Positions 43,257 through 57,697 of a DNA stretch of 64,000 bases are shown in pieces; position 1 is the first letter of the stretch, and every line of letters begins with the position of its first letter. A program made the translations under genes and the position numbers. This DNA comes from Geosiphon pyriformis uo1 (lineage: Eukaryota; Fungi; Glomeromycota). Location of the stretch: positions 825,152-889,151 of the forward strand of contig JAAOMT010000697.1 in assembly GCA_016748015.1 (NCBI GenBank), written 5' to 3'. Under the pieces are notes generated by a model. It worked only from the letters and a program-made list of their open reading frames with translations, made no database searches and was not told the origin of the DNA.

Positions 43257-45406
43257 TTAATCTTCATCCCAATCACCCTGGCCTTTAGGTGGTTTTGGAC
43301 CTCCAGCTGGTTTACTCATAATTATCTGTCGATTAAAGCCCATTAATTCTTGAGTGAGCTTTCAATATCTAATGCATAAGGAATCGAATATTTGCCTCTA
43401 AAATCAAATAAACAAACCTGATCAACACGTAAGATTGTTAAAGCGGCTTCGGTTGCGTATCTTATCGCCCATGATTTTGCAACCAGCACATCAAAAATAC
43501 CAGCTTGAACCGCATCGATTGTACCATCTGTCTGATTTTCAATATCTACCCCGATTGTAATCTGATCACCTTGATGATGTGCTGCATAAAGTTTGGAAAG
43601 GATTTCTGTAGAGTCCAAACCAGCACCTTCGGCTAGAGTGCGTGGGATAATCTCAAGTGCTTCGGCAAACTTTTTGATAGAATGTTGGTTTAAGCCAGGG
43701 GTTTTCTACAAGAAAATGTTATGAAAAAATTGTAGGATCATTAAAATCGCAAAAAATTGTCTCCGCATCCTTTTCTCAATCCACTAACCTCCCCAAACGA
43801 TAATAATCGCTTCACTAATTCCATTTCTGTTGCACCTGCACCTGGAACTAATCTGTTGTCTTTGCATACGGCTTTAACAATGTTGACCCCATCATCTATC
43901 GCCCGCTCAATATCATCTAAAAGATTCTGAGTCGCCCCACGTACCACAATCGTGGCAGTTTTTGAAGATTCATCCTCTATGAATTTAAAATATTAATAAT
44001 GGGCATCGTATATTAGATCAAATGTTAAATTTCCTTGCCTTGACGAAAAACGGTGACCCGATCACCGCCAATTTCCACAGTTTCTACGATGTCACAAAAA
44101 CCCATTTCTTCTGGTGTTGGAGCCCCTAATCTTGCTAAGGCTGTCGCACCGACTACTCGACATAGTCTACGAAGATCAAATTTAGAGAGAACCTTGACAG
44201 CCAATATATCAAAACGATTAAGATAATGTAGGGAAAGTTCCCCAATTGAGGAACCAGTGACGACCACTTTTACTCCAGAATCTGCTAATTCCTTGAAGAT
44301 CTGCCAATAATATGGAATTGAAATTATATTATTTTTAAGTATTAAAAGACGTAAATTAAAGTAGGACTTGGTGACTGACCTTTTCCACCTGTTTTTCTTC
44401 ATCCTTGGTAAAATTTAGCATTTCTTGTGCATTATGAATTAAAACTGTACCTTTGGTCTCAGTCTGGGCAGTATCCAAAGGACATGTGAAGACAGCAATC
44501 TTTGCCTTGGAAGCCTTCTGAATAACACTATCAGGTTCACGACCAAAAACCATACCCTTTACTACTTTACTTTCAAAAATGCTCCCACCCATAATTTTAA
44601 CAACTCTAATATTGTCCACGTTAAAGTTGATAGGATTTTTCGGCATAATCGAAATTGCAGCCTCAGTGACTAAATTGGTAATGATATCTTCGTGTCCGTA
44701 TTGTTTTGATGCGATAGCGGTTTTAACAGCTTTGGATAATTCGCTTGCTGACCGAGGATCTTTTACGGTTTCAACACAAAGATCTAAAAGAAATATAAAG
44801 TGATTTAGAAATTTTATTCGGAAATAATTATTATCAAACAATGGAAATTCTTTATCAATACCTTCCAAAATCTCGAGGGCTTTGTCTCGAGCTATTTCGT
44901 ACCCTGGCACGATCTCGCTTGGATGAAGTCCCATACGCAGTAGATACTCTACCTTTTGAAGAAGCTCTCCACCTAGGACAAGAATTAAATTGGTAGCATC
45001 GCCAACCTTGATTCAAAGAGAAATAAAAGGTTAAAACCAAGCTAACGTGAGTTATTTTATAAATTTATTACAAAGTGAGAGAAAGAAAAGAACACAACAA
45101 CCTTTAAACAGAGAAACGAACCTCTTGTTCTTGTTGTTGACTAGCCATTACTAGGAGTTTTGCAGCCGGGTGGACAACATCTAACTCTCGGATAATCGTA
45201 GCGGCGTCATTTGTTACAAACAGTTTTTCCAGGTGGTTAATCACCATCTTGTTCCGACCATTTGGTCCAAAAGAGGTACGTACAATTTCTGAGAGCTCAT
45301 GAATTGCCTGGATGTTTCGCAAGACGGCTTCATCAACACCTTGAGAGATCTTATAACCCTCTTTGAAGAGTTGTGGAAAGCTACTTTGAGGTACTCGTAA
45401 AGCCAT
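43257..45406 (-). CDS. CCT8: Chaperonin CCT/TRiC subunit theta, multi-exon
   Basis: RTSFGPNGRNKMVINHLEKLFVTNDAATI, VGDATN, FNVDNIRVVKIMG, SKPAGGPKPP...DWDED. Confidence 0.97.
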
Positions 45407-45719
45407 TTATACTCTTAATCTATAAGAATTAAGCGATTTTATGTTGGATACGAATTTTTCTTTGAGCGAAACCTTGCAATTTACTTTATGAGTCACAAAA
45501 AATTAGTCTCAAGAATTGATTATCAAATTTAATTAATCAAGCTTTAGCCAATTGTTTTTTGAAATTCAAAATTTATATTGCTAATAAAAATCAGTTCTCA
45601 AATGGAGTATTCAGTACAAAAGTTTAAAAATTAAGAGTTTGTAACAAAATAATATTAATTAATAAATGTATAAATAAAATAAATATTTTTATACACAGTT
45701 TAAAATATATATATATATT

Positions 45720-46490
45720 GTTATTTTTTTATTGGTTTTTATTACAATTTTAACAAGATGTAATTTAATTGTTAAATACATAATTTATACATGTAACTAA
45801 CTATTTAAACTTATATTAAAATTATATTAAGTTAATTAAATTTTAATTTTATGAACAAAAAGTAAAAAAGTTTTAAATATTATTTTTTCTATAATAACTA
45901 ATAAAATTTAAACAAAAAAAATTTTTTTTGTTATAGAAATAGCTAAATAAAACATTTTGGCAATATTTTTTATAAATATTAATAATAATAAGCTGTTTTT
46001 AACAATTTTTAATGCATTTTTTTTATTTTTAACTGCTAGTTTTTTTTTAATTAAAGTTTTTTTCAAAAGATACATTAAAATTTATTTTTTTATTTTTTTT
46101 ATTTTTTTTAAAAACTTTAAAGTTTTTAATAATAGATTAATTAACAAGCTAATTTTTTTTGTTTTTATTACTATTACTATTATTATTATCTTATAAATAA
46201 CCAAAAAGACCAAAAACTTTAAAAAACAATAACAATTACTTATATTTATTATTATTATACCAAATTTCAAATAAAATTTCAAATAAAATCTTCTTAATAA
46301 TATTTAATTATTTTTTAATATAGATAATAACAATAATAGCATATTTTTTAAGACAAATCAAAATTAATTATTAGTTATGTTGTTAAATATAATGTTTTTT
46401 AACAAATAATTAATAATTTTAAAAAAAAATCAGTTTATTAAATTATCTAATTTTAATAATTAAACTAATTAAATAAAAATTAAATCAATT
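45720..46490 (-). repeat. Extremely decayed repeat, probably a LINE-family relic; uninterrupted homolog of 11880-13210
   Basis: Colinear with 11880-12193 + 12888-13200. tacatgtaactaactatttaaac at about 45788 resembles the LINE 3' UTR motif tacacgtgaccagccattcaaac. Confidence 0.55.
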
Positions 46491-49400
46491 TTTTTTTTTG
46501 TTTTTTTTGTTTTTTTTTTTATTAATGTTTAATGAATAAGACCCAAATGCTATCTAATACAATACATCAAACTAAGTAATCTAAATTAGGTACAAATTAT
46601 GTATTTTTTACATATAACCAGCCACTCAGACCAATTAGAGCAATACTACAAATCTATCTTAACTGATACAACATTATCAACACAAAAAAAAAACAGCAAA
46701 ACTTATAAAAACCAAAGCTAACTCCTAATGCTTCAGCAATACCAAGCAACTTAATAACACCAATAGAAAACAGAGATAATAAACCACAAATCCCAAGTAA
46801 TATTAAACTATCACAAACAATCAAGTTTTTTTTTTCTATAAATGCCTTATACTTGGCTCAAACCAACCATATATTAATATGATGAACTGTCCCCAAATCC
46901 TAAACAAAACTAATAACATTTTTACTAGCAATCTTAATACCACCAAAAATAGACAAAGCTTCTAAAAACCAAGTCTTGAACACAAAATTCTTACACAAAA
47001 TAATGTAAATAACATCATTAGAAACACATAAAGAAAGCATCTACAAAACCTAAGATAAAACCAAGTTTAAGCCCAACAAAACATTTCACTGAACCAAATA
47101 AGACTTAAACAGATCTACATGAAATTCAATATCAAAATGCACACACAAATAAATGATCAGAACTCTTTATATTTCCACAATAGAGACATAATACATTAAA
47201 ATACCTTCTATTATAAAAATGTTTTCGAACAGCAACTGGCAGATAACAGTGCAAAGTTTTCATAAAATACAAACACAAACTAGCCATAAACTTACTGGTA
47301 AAGCCAACAGCCATGTGCAAATTAAGATGCCAGACTGAAGTGGTACAAACCCAATTCATATTACTGATTATGCTTTTGCAAATAATACTAAAACCAGATC
47401 CAATCTTTCAATAAGCATGATAAACAGTTCTGAAAATTTCTTGAGCAAAATAACAAATGTTCTCAAATACTACCACCTCACCAGCTTTAATAAACCTATT
47501 TCCAATCAGAACAAAAAGTACAAAATTGAATTACCAACCAAACCAGCCAGCACATTAGCATGTTTATTATTCAAGACACTTGAATGTCCTTTAATTTTGC
47601 ACTATAAAACATTGAGCCTTTTATTCTTGACAAAATTTATCATATCTTGCCACTTTATCCAATAACAATTTTGAAAGTCTGGTAAAACCAAAATTGATTT
47701 AGTAACACAAGTATCCAAGACAGTCTGACTGTCTAAAAACATCATAATAGAACTGCCAAAAAAAATACACTCCAAAACCAGAGCAATTGCCTGTAATTTT
47801 GCCATTATAGATAACACCAACTCATTAATTCTAACACCAATATTCATATTCAAATTGGAGAAATAAGTGGCCACACCATATTTCATTTTACATATACCCA
47901 GATTTTTTAAGAATTTATCTATATAGACATTAATAACACTCAAATCAGCAGTGGAAAAATGATGCTTTAACTTTAAAATGCCACCAAAACTACAAATATC
48001 CAGGAACCAGAAGCCAATAGAAGATGAACCAGCTAAAAAAAAAGACTTAACCAAGAAATTACATATCAAGTTGAACCAATAGGGTACTGAGCCTTTCGGA
48101 TCAAGCTTTTTCCAATAACAGAAGCACTTTCAATTAAAGACCAAGCTCTTTTTATTGTACAATTGTTTAATAAAAGTAATTCTAAATCTTTTGAGTGAAC
48201 ATGAAACATCATAAAACATCAAATTGTTTAGAATTAAAGATATTAGAATGCCATTGAAAAAGCAGAATGCAGTCATAAAAAAGTTTTCAAGAGACATATC
48301 ACAGTTCAAAAAAAGCCTAACTATACCAGCCAAAAAATTATTAATTAGATTAACACATAATTTCACAGGACAGCACAAAGAGTAAATAAGTAACCAACTC
48401 AGAACTTGCAGATCCAAAGACTTATGACAAAACAAGCAACCAAAAAACCTATTAGCATTCATAAAACCTAATACAGAAGCCACTTTGCACTTAGTTTGTA
48501 ATTGTTTAAAAGATTTCAAGCTATATAATAAAGAATAATAAAGAGCCTCATTAAGAAAATTTCTTAATAGACTAGTCTTTAATCTCAAACTCTTTCTAAT
48601 AAACATGTTCCATTTAGTATATATACTCTTGAAAATAAAACTAAATTGAGTTCTATAACTAACTATTGGTTGCAGTATGGTTGAGACCAAATAAAGAAAT
48701 TGTTTGTCTGAAATAGTCTTTTTCAAAACCATATTAGCAAAAAATTTAATGTTCAAGTAAGTTTTTACCAAACTAGACTTGGACAAGCTCTCAGAAAACA
48801 AAAAGATCTCAAGGTATTTATAAAACTCTTTTTTATGAGCAACAAAAATCAGCAAATCACTAATTGATAATAAAGCATTCTTGATCCTCTGGTTGATAAA
48901 GATAGCAATTGTTTTCTTATTATTAATTAAAATATTATTAACCTTAAAAAAACTACTAGCAATATTTAAAATATATTGAGTTGCTGTTTAACTACTTTTT
49001 ACCCAAATTGTGTTATCAACAAAAGTGCCAGCAGCAAAAAATAATGTCATTCCATTTTGAGCCTCCAATCTGTCAGTCTTGGCAACAAATTTAGTATTAA
49101 TATGATAGCTATACAAACTTTTCTGACACTTAACTTTGCATAACAGGAGGTTATAAAAAATTCTTTAAAATAGAGGAAAGAAGATCTTATTCTGGTCTAG
49201 ACTATTATACATCCAATAACTTTTTGTCAAACCATAATCAGTCATAACATAATTGATTCTATCATCATGAATACTCCCAAAAAAATGGATTAACTGTTCG
49301 CACATTTTAATATGAATTAAACTATTTCTTAAATGCTGCCATCTAATAGAGTTATAAGTTTTTTGCATATTTTATAAGACCAACCAAAATTTATGGCCCT

Positions 49401-52400
49401 TTTCCAAAACATTTTTAACCACTGAACTAACAACAAAAATAGGAGATTAAGTTATAGTCCTCTTTAACACAGAAAAATTGTCACCATGGAAAACATTAAA
49501 TTTACTACAGACCAATGAAATCCTATTGAAAAGTAACTTGAAAAGAATCTTACAAGCAGTCTCAATTAGAGCAATTGGTTTTGTATTAGTCAAAACATCT
49601 TCTTACTTATATAGTTTAGGAATTATTAACATTTAAGCTTTTTTCCATGCCTATGGAACAGATTTACACACCAAACAAAGATTTAAAAAGTCTAAAAGCA
49701 TGACAAAAACTAAATCATCACAGTGCTTCCAAAGCTTATTTGTGATACCAGACAAACCAGCAGCTTTTTTGTTAAGTAGGTCCTTAACTATTTGCACTAT
49801 TTTACTATAACTAATAAGAACCATAACCCCAGAAAATACACTATCATTAATGTAAATCAATAACAGGTATTGGCATTGCCACATATTGGAAACACTATTT
49901 AGTACAACTTACTTTTTCATTCAATCTTTCATAACAGAATCAATCTCATCTTTAACTTCTATTGGATCCAAAATCAGATTACTATTAGCAACCAAATGAT
50001 TCAACACTACTTTATAAAAAAAATGCTCTAAAACACTTCTAATTATATAACTTTTATTAACTATAAAACTTGTTATCCTCTTATCAATGGCAGATCTAAT
50101 GTCTGATTCTTTAGTCCTCAAAGACTCAGCAAATTTGGACACACAGTAAGACTTTTTTATTTTAAAAAAAGCAGAACATACACAATTAAAACCCATATTA
50201 GAGTTCACCGGATCTTAAACAACAGAGGCTTTATTACTGTCCAAAGAAACCCAGTGCTTTATCAAGGAATCAAATCTGACAACACTCTTTTTATAAGAAG
50301 CCTTACCAATTTTTGAAACTAAAACTTTCAGTTTATGAAAACTGAAAGATTTTTTAGTGAAAACATTATCAAAATCCTTAAACCACTTTCTCTTAAATGT
50401 TCTATCAGCAAAAAAAATCATAATCTTGCAAACTGCATCTCATATTGCATTCAAATCTGAGAATTTCTTAGATATGGCAAAGTTATCAAAGAACATTGTA
50501 ACATTGGCCACTATAGCATCTTTAAAATTGTTCTATTTCACCTTATTAGCATTTTTAACATTAAACTTCCAATTATTTTTATTTATCTGCTTGTGTATAA
50601 AGTTTAATTACACATTTAACAAACCTCCCAAATCCACAAAAACAAAAACAGTCTGGTAATTAGTGTTGAAATATTCACCAACATCAATTACATTATGATC
50701 CACCACAGCATTAACCAAACTTAAGAAAACAAATACATAATTAATTGTTTTTGCAACACCTTGAAAATTAGCCTATGTTGGTGTCTTTGCAAATAAGTTT
50801 TTATCTAAAGAATTAACCAGACTTAAATTAAGGCACTTTTTAAAACTAGCACATTTACAGAAACTATTTTTATTAAAGTTATCACTCAAAACAATAAACA
50901 AAGACTTATTCACAGTTTTGGCTATCAAAAAGTTGATTTTACTAGCCTGAGAGAAACAAACAGTTAGGAAAGCACCAACATAAAGCCCCAAAATTGAAAC
51001 AGAAAGTTTATTTTTGAAAAATAACTTGATAAAAATGAGCTAATTAGACACCTCAAAAACACTACACACATGTCTTGTTAAAAACTCATTTATGACTACT
51101 ACAACATCTAAATCCAAGTAACTAGAGTTCAAACCAGAAGTAAAGACATAAACACTATCAAATTTATTAACAAGCCAAGATCAAATCTTTCCTTTTAGCT
51201 TTGTTTTTATGAAAATTGGAATCAAATTGTTCATATCACTGTGCTGATAAATAATATCAGCCTGTTTTGCAGGATTATTCATACTTTGAACATTGTATGT
51301 AGCAATTTTTTAAATCAGACTGGTCATTAAGAAAGAGGTTTAAAAAGTGCATCACCAGCCAGAACCAAACTATCAAAACATGCCAACAGACTCAGCACTA
51401 AAGCAGTGAGTTTTTCCAGTATGTTTTCCAAATATATTACATTAGAAGAGATAGAAAAACCCAAAACCATAACAGTCTTACTATTAGTGGTCTTACCTAA
51501 ACTTTTTTCCATTACTACATTACCCATTTGATCATGTGATGAGGGGATTACTAACAGCTGACATTTAGAACTAGGCTGGAAAATCATCAACACGAGTGAC
51601 TCTAACTTCTTAGCCAACTTACCAATTTGTCTCATAAGACTGCTTTCAATGTTAATCAAATGTAATTCCAACTTATTAACAACAAGCATAGGAGATTTTA
51701 TCTTCGAAAAAAAACCAGAATTAGTAAAACTATTATGTATAGGAAGAAGAAAAAAGGTGGACCCACCAACAATCTTGGCCCAAAAAACATTACTAAAAAA
51801 AACAAAATAAGCAATTAGTGCCAAACATTTGACATAAATAGATATCAGTTTGCTTTTATTTTTCTTAGATAGCATCTTGTGAAATAGGCCACCAGGAGAT
51901 TTCTTCTCACCAAAAATGCAGTCTAATAATGTATGACTAAACTTTTTATACTTGGCACATTTAGCAAAACTCAGATGAAATTAATGAAAATTGACATTTC
52001 TCAGAACTAGAATGGTTTTTATAATAGCATTCAGCAATTTAGCAAAGTCAAAACAAATGAGAGCATATCTGGCTCAGGTATATAAGACAGAATGACAATC
52101 AATAAGACATGTTTTTTCACTCACAGAGCCAATAAAGTCTCAAATATTATGAGTATTAGTTCTTACAGACAATATGTAAAGCAGTATTCTATAATAATCT
52201 CTGACATCTCATGATTCTTTGTCTAAATTTACCCTAGTAACATATACAGCATTTTTTCTAATTAAGATAGACCAATTTGTTGTAACCATATCAACATAAT
52301 CTGATTGCTTAAATTCCACCACAGTTTTTTGTTACAGCCCTACCAATTACATATTGATCGATCTAATTGTACCAAACTCAGACAGTGGAGTGTATACAGC

Positions 52401-52761
52401 CTTAGCTGATGTTTTAATTGGGATTTTTTTCACAACTACAGCCTAATCTGAACATTTAATAAATTTTTTAAAATTAATATTAACTGTAATCTTCATATCT
52501 TAGCCAAATCAGATGTCTAAGCCAAGTTTAATTCAGAAGTAAACATTGTTCAAAGGATTTCAAAAAATTTTAAGGAAGTAGAAACTCTTCCAAAATTATT
52601 AATTTTTGAAAACAATTTCCTAATAACCACAAGTTTGTCTTGAAATAAATTTCTGGCAATCTTATTCAGGCTAATATCCAAAGTGAAAGATTTTCTGACA
52701 GACATATTGACCAAATTCTTTAGCAGTAGAGAGAAAATCACAGAAGCATTTAAAAGAATGT
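46489..52761 (-). mobile_element. Degenerate LINE copy 3 with poly(A) tail; ORF1 interrupted by Gypsy copy 2
   Basis: T-run 46489-46520, shared 3' UTR, CLYCG..SSDHLFVC, RNase H (VYID, KLQAIAL, FLDSQ), RT (AGTFVDNTIW), APE, ORF1 ending abruptly at the LTR terminus. Confidence 0.92.
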
Positions 52762-53568
52762 TGTTACAGATGATTATTTAGGATCTCAAATCAAATAACA
52801 AATTCATAACATGGTGTTCAATAGATATATTGATGTTGGTAATTTCTGATGATGTGTTTTTTTGAAGATTTTGGTTGAGTCCTTTGTATAATAGACAGAG
52901 ATTTAATTAATAGTTTTATCTGTAGCTTCCCAAAACTGCAGTTTTATCAATTTTTTTCTTAGCATAATAGCCAGTAATCTTTCTAATAAAATATTCTCAA
53001 TTCTGAGTGTCTATTTTTATTCCTGGGTCTTTTATCAGTGCTTTATCTTGATGTCAATACCTCTGTATATAAATTTTTTTAATCAAGTTTAACAAAAAAA
53101 ATAAAGCAAGAAAAAAAAATAAAAAAAATAAGAAATATAAGCCAAGATGATTTGTATATTAATATCCTGTTAATAGCCATGATCAAGAGCTATTGTTCCA
53201 GTGTAGTTAAGTATCAATTACTATTAACATAAAGTGTTAATAGTGGAGAGTAGATTGAAATAGTAAATAATTATTTATTGATATTTGTGAATAGAAAGTT
53301 GCTTAGATCAAATCTAAATTAAAAAGTCTGTCTTTTCTACTTCTAACGCTACTGATATATATACATAATTGAGATTTTTCAATTCCTCAGTTCTTCACAC
53401 CAAAAATTCTGGGATTCCTGGAATTCTACAATTCTTTTGAGAGGAATTCTAAAATTCCTGGAATCCTGCAATTTTTTTGAGAAGAATCCTGGAATTCCAT
53501 ATTTACTATGGCTACTTCTGATTGGCTAATTTATATGCTAATATACTTCTTATATTTTATGAGTAACA
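52762..53568 (-). repeat. 3' LTR of Gypsy copy 2 (807 bp)
   Basis: TGTTAC...GTAACA termini, preceded on the minus strand by a purine tract. Confidence 0.93.
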
Positions 53569-53585
53569 TTATTTTCACCTCTTTT
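53569..53585 (-). promoter_or_regulatory. Polypurine tract (AAAAGAGGTGAAAATAA)
   Basis: Purine-rich run abutting the LTR start; an equivalent run lies at 63458-63471. Confidence 0.75.
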
Positions 53586-54379
53586 AATATTAAGCTCTGT
53601 CGAGATCTCCTAATTCTAATTTTTTATCTTTGAGTATTTTTTGAACTTCTTTTTCAAGAATTACTTGTGCTATCTTGTTTTGTAATTCTTCAAATTGAGC
53701 ATTGGTTATTTTTTCCATTTGGTTAATGGTAATAAAGTTCATTTTTGGATTGAGTAAGATTTCTGGTTGATCTTGAAATCTGGTGTGTAGTTAATAAATA
53801 GCTCTTGTTTGTATAGTCAAATTGTTCTTCTCCACAAATTGTTCTAGTTGTTGCAGTATTATTTTGTCAAATAATTGTTTTGTTTTATCCATATATAAGC
53901 CCTGAATGTTCAAGTGTTGTCCTAAATAAAAGTAATAAAAGTTTCTTGAAAATTGCTGTATCTACCAATTCCAAGTTTTTATAATCAACTCTTAATATTG
54001 GGTAACTTTTGATTGTGTTTTTATTGCCAATTTTACTTTTGTGATTATTTTGTCCACAGTGTTTTCTGTTTTTCTTCATATTTTATCTTGTAGTTTTTTT
54101 CTGGTATTTGTGTATCTGATAGTTTGTTAGTTGATTGTAATTTTCATCTTTTATTGTTGGATCAGTTAAAAAAGTTGTTGTACTAGTGAGTGAATACCAT
54201 TAGTAATCTTCATTTTTCTGCTGTCTTTTGTCATGTGTATTATGTCTTTATATACTCTTTTGGTTGTTTAATTTTACATGTTTGGTTCAATGATTATAAT
54301 TGGTTCTAGATTTCGTGAGATTTTATCTGGTTTAACTAGTATTTTTTGTACTCTTAATTGTGGAATATTACTGGTAGAT

Positions 54380-55560
54380 GATGATACTATATGGTGATAT
54401 TGTTTTAGTTGATTACTATGTGCTGCTTTGATTAAGATTTTGTTGTTCAACCTTAATTTATAAGCTCCATTTCTAAGAATTTTTTCTATGTGAAATGGTT
54501 CATCCCATTTGGGGTCAAATTTTCCACTCTATTGTTTTTCCACTTTAATACAATGTAGAAGTACTTTGTTTCCAATCTTAAATTTAACTGGTTTCTCTGA
54601 TAGTTGGTTATCATGTCTTTCTTTTTGTTTTTTTTGTGACTTTTAGATATTATCAACTGCTCTTTGCTGTGTGTTTTCTAGTGTTTCCATTAAGTCATAT
54701 GTTCTTTTCAACAATGTTCTTTGGAAATTTTTTTTTGTTATTGGTTCTGTTGGATATGTTTTGACTTCTATCTCAACTGATAATATTGCTGTTCTATCAT
54801 ATACTAATTCAAATAATGTTACTTGTGTAGTGTTTTGCTTTATTGTCTGATAAGCAAATAATACTGATAGTATAATCAAATTCTATTCATTCTGGTTTTC
54901 TTGGCTAATTTTGGCAATGGCTTTACACAATGTTCTGTTAAATCTTTTAACTAACCCATTTGTTTGTGAATGGTATGGTAATAATAATGGTCTTTTTATT
55001 CCAAATCTTTGACTTAATTCTGCCAATGTTTTATTTACAAAGTGAGTTCTTTGATCTGATAGTAGTTTTTTTGGACATTTGTGTCGACAAATCAAATCTT
55101 GATAAACAAATTTGGCAACGGATTCTGCATCTGCTTTTTGAATGGCTTTTGCTTCTGGTCATTTAGTAAAATAGTCTATGGCTACTGTGATATATCTGTT
55201 GTCTCTGCTGGTAATTGTTAATAATTTGACTAAATCAATTTTAATGTGATCAAATGGTTGTCCCACTTTGATTGATCTTAATAGTTTACTGGGTTTTGTT
55301 CTACTTCTTTTTTGACAAACATCACAACTTTGAACATATTAAATAATGTCTAGATACATTGATGGCCAATAATATTTTTTTCTGATTCTTTCCATGATTG
55401 TTTCTTTATAAAAATGTTCTGTTGTTGGATCTGAGTACATGTTAAATAATATTGTCTTTTTCTCTGGTTCTGTAATTACTCTGATTGGTTGGTCTGAATT
55501 TTTTTTGTTTTTCTAGTAAAGTATATTTTGATGGTTGATAAAATATTTTGATTGTTGTTT
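54380..55560 (-). pseudogene. Integrase remnant, copy 2
   Basis: YYWPSMY...SCDVCQ, IDLV, AIDYFTK, LSDQRTHF, YHSQTNGLV, GPY/F-like KFDPKWDEPF...NGAYKL. No chromodomain recognised. Confidence 0.92.
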
Positions 55561-56827
55561 TATGTTCCTTTGTTTCTTTTAAGATAATTTCTCTTTAAAC
55601 ACTTTGGTATTTATATAATGTTGGAGTTGTTGGTATTTTTGTATATTCATCTTTTGTTATATTTTTGGGTTGAAATGTTTTTAGATTTGTCTTATTCATG
55701 ACAATCCATTAGCATTTCCATTTTTTTTTCTTTTTTTATAATATACTGTATAATTAAATAGTGAAAGTTTTATTTTTCATGTAGCATAGTGATTGTCTCC
55801 AAATTTTTGTTTCTGGATTGAAGTCAATTCTTTATGATCAGTGTACACATCAAACTTTTGACTCAAGTATTCTTTCCATTTGGTGACAGCCCAATAGATA
55901 GCAAAGTGTTTCAGTGCTGGAGTTCTATAGTTCTTTTCAGCTGGACTTAAGCTTCTACTGATGTAAGCTACTGGATATTCTCATCTGTCCAGTTCTTTCT
56001 GAGATAATACTGCTCTCAATGCTTAACCAAATACATTAGTTGTGATTATGAATGGCTTGCTATGATCTGAATAGATTAGTACTAGAGCTTGAATAAGCTT
56101 TCTTCTTAATGTATCAAAAGCTTCTTGCTGAATTTTTGTCTATTCATATTTGGTATTGGAAAGTTCTTGACAATCTCAATCTTATTTGGATCTGTCTTAA
56201 TTCTGTCTTTGCTTATAACATGTTTCAAAAACTTAAGTTCAGTTTTTCCAAAGAAACACTTGGTTGCATTCAATTTTAATTCTGCTTGTCTGAGTCTTTT
56301 AAATACTTGTTGGAAATGATGCAAATAATTATCAAATGTTTTTGAAAACACATTGGTGTTATCTAAATATATGACTACTAATTTCCATAGTAGCCCAGTA
56401 TAAACAATTTCCATGAGCTACTGGAAAGTGGCTGGAGCATTCATCAAGCCAAATGGCATCACTTCAAATTCAAAATTTTTTTTTAAGTTGTAAAAGCTGT
56501 TTTCTCTTTATCTTCTAGTTTCATGGCTATCTGCCAGTAATCACTGTTTAAGTCTAAAGTTGAGAACCATTTCCTTTCTCCAAAAGCATCAAACAGCTCT
56601 TGGATCTTTGGTGTTAGATAGCTATCTCCTTTGGTTATTCTATTTAGTTTTCAGTAATTCACACAAAAGCAGATTTTTCTATTTTTCTTATGGACTAGTA
56701 CTACTGGTAATGACTATGGGCTTATTGATGGCTGAATTAATTTATTGTCAAGCATTTGGTTGATTTCTTGATGAATAATCTCATGGCTGGCTAGTGGTAC
56801 TTTATATGCTCTTTGTTTGATTGGCAT

Positions 56828-57697
56828 TGTTACTCATAAAAATATAAGAAATATATTAGCATAATTATTAGCCAATCAGAAGTAAGTATAATAAATATGG
56901 AATTCCAGGATTCCTCTCAGGAATTGCAGAATTCCAGAAATTTCAGGATTTCCAACAAAGAATTGCAGGATTCCTCTCAAAAGAATCACAGAATTCCAGA
57001 AATTCCAGAATTCTTGTCATGAAGAATCGAGGAATTGAGGAATCTCAATTATGTATATATAGCAGTAGTGTTAAAAACAGAAAAGACAGAATCGATACCA
57101 CAGAATTCTTAACCTAAAAACACAATCATCAAATAAATAATTATTTCATATCTCAAATCCACTCCCCACTATCAACCCTTCATGTTGATAGTAATTGATA
57201 CTTAACTATGCTGGAACAATAGCTCTTGATCATGGCTATTGATGGGATACTAATCTGCAAATCGCCTTGGCTTATTTCTTTGCTTTCTTTATTTTTTTTT
57301 TATTTCTTTTTTTTTATTTTTTTTTGATTTGTTGTTATATATACTAATTGATAAAAGATTAAGCGCTGAGTTATTGATGTCAAGGATAGCCTGGTAAAAG
57401 ACCCAGAAATACGGGTAGAATTTTATATATTATCAGATAGCTTACCAGAAGGGCACGACTGCCAGACTAAATCCGGCCACCATGCTGAAAAAGAAATTGG
57501 GAAAACTCTTGAAAAATATATCTACTATTGATACTATTGAATTTCTGTTCATTATACAAAGGACTCAACCAAAACCTTCAAATCCATCAAAATCTTCAGA
57601 TACAGCACCTTCAGAACAGCCTCAACGGAAGTAGCTTTTGAGCACCAAGTTACAGGTTTGTTATTTAATTCAACAGCAGAAATATTCACCTGTAACA
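56828..57697 (+). mobile_element. Solo LTR (870 bp) of the same Gypsy family, inserted antisense in the RT of copy 2
   Basis: TGTTAC...GTAACA termini. 4-bp TSD GCAT at 56824-56827 and 57698-57701. The empty site is visible in copy 1 (ttggcattgcatctcc, about 859-874). Confidence 0.95.
56870..57062 (+). promoter_or_regulatory. LTR U3 promoter: CCAAT box, GGAATTCC array, TATA-like box
   Basis: agccaatcag (56870), 9-bp GGAATTCCA-type repeats 56899-57015, gtatatatag at about 57053. Same order in all four LTRs. Confidence 0.65.

Noticed and set aside
45957-46282. I/K/F/N-rich ORFs suggesting organellar or endosymbiont DNA
   Set aside because: Composition artefact of a decayed repeat that is also present at 11880-13210.
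52846-52852. Hammerhead core CTGATGA in the LTR
   Set aside because: No correctly placed GAAA or stems seen, and not conserved in the other LTRs.
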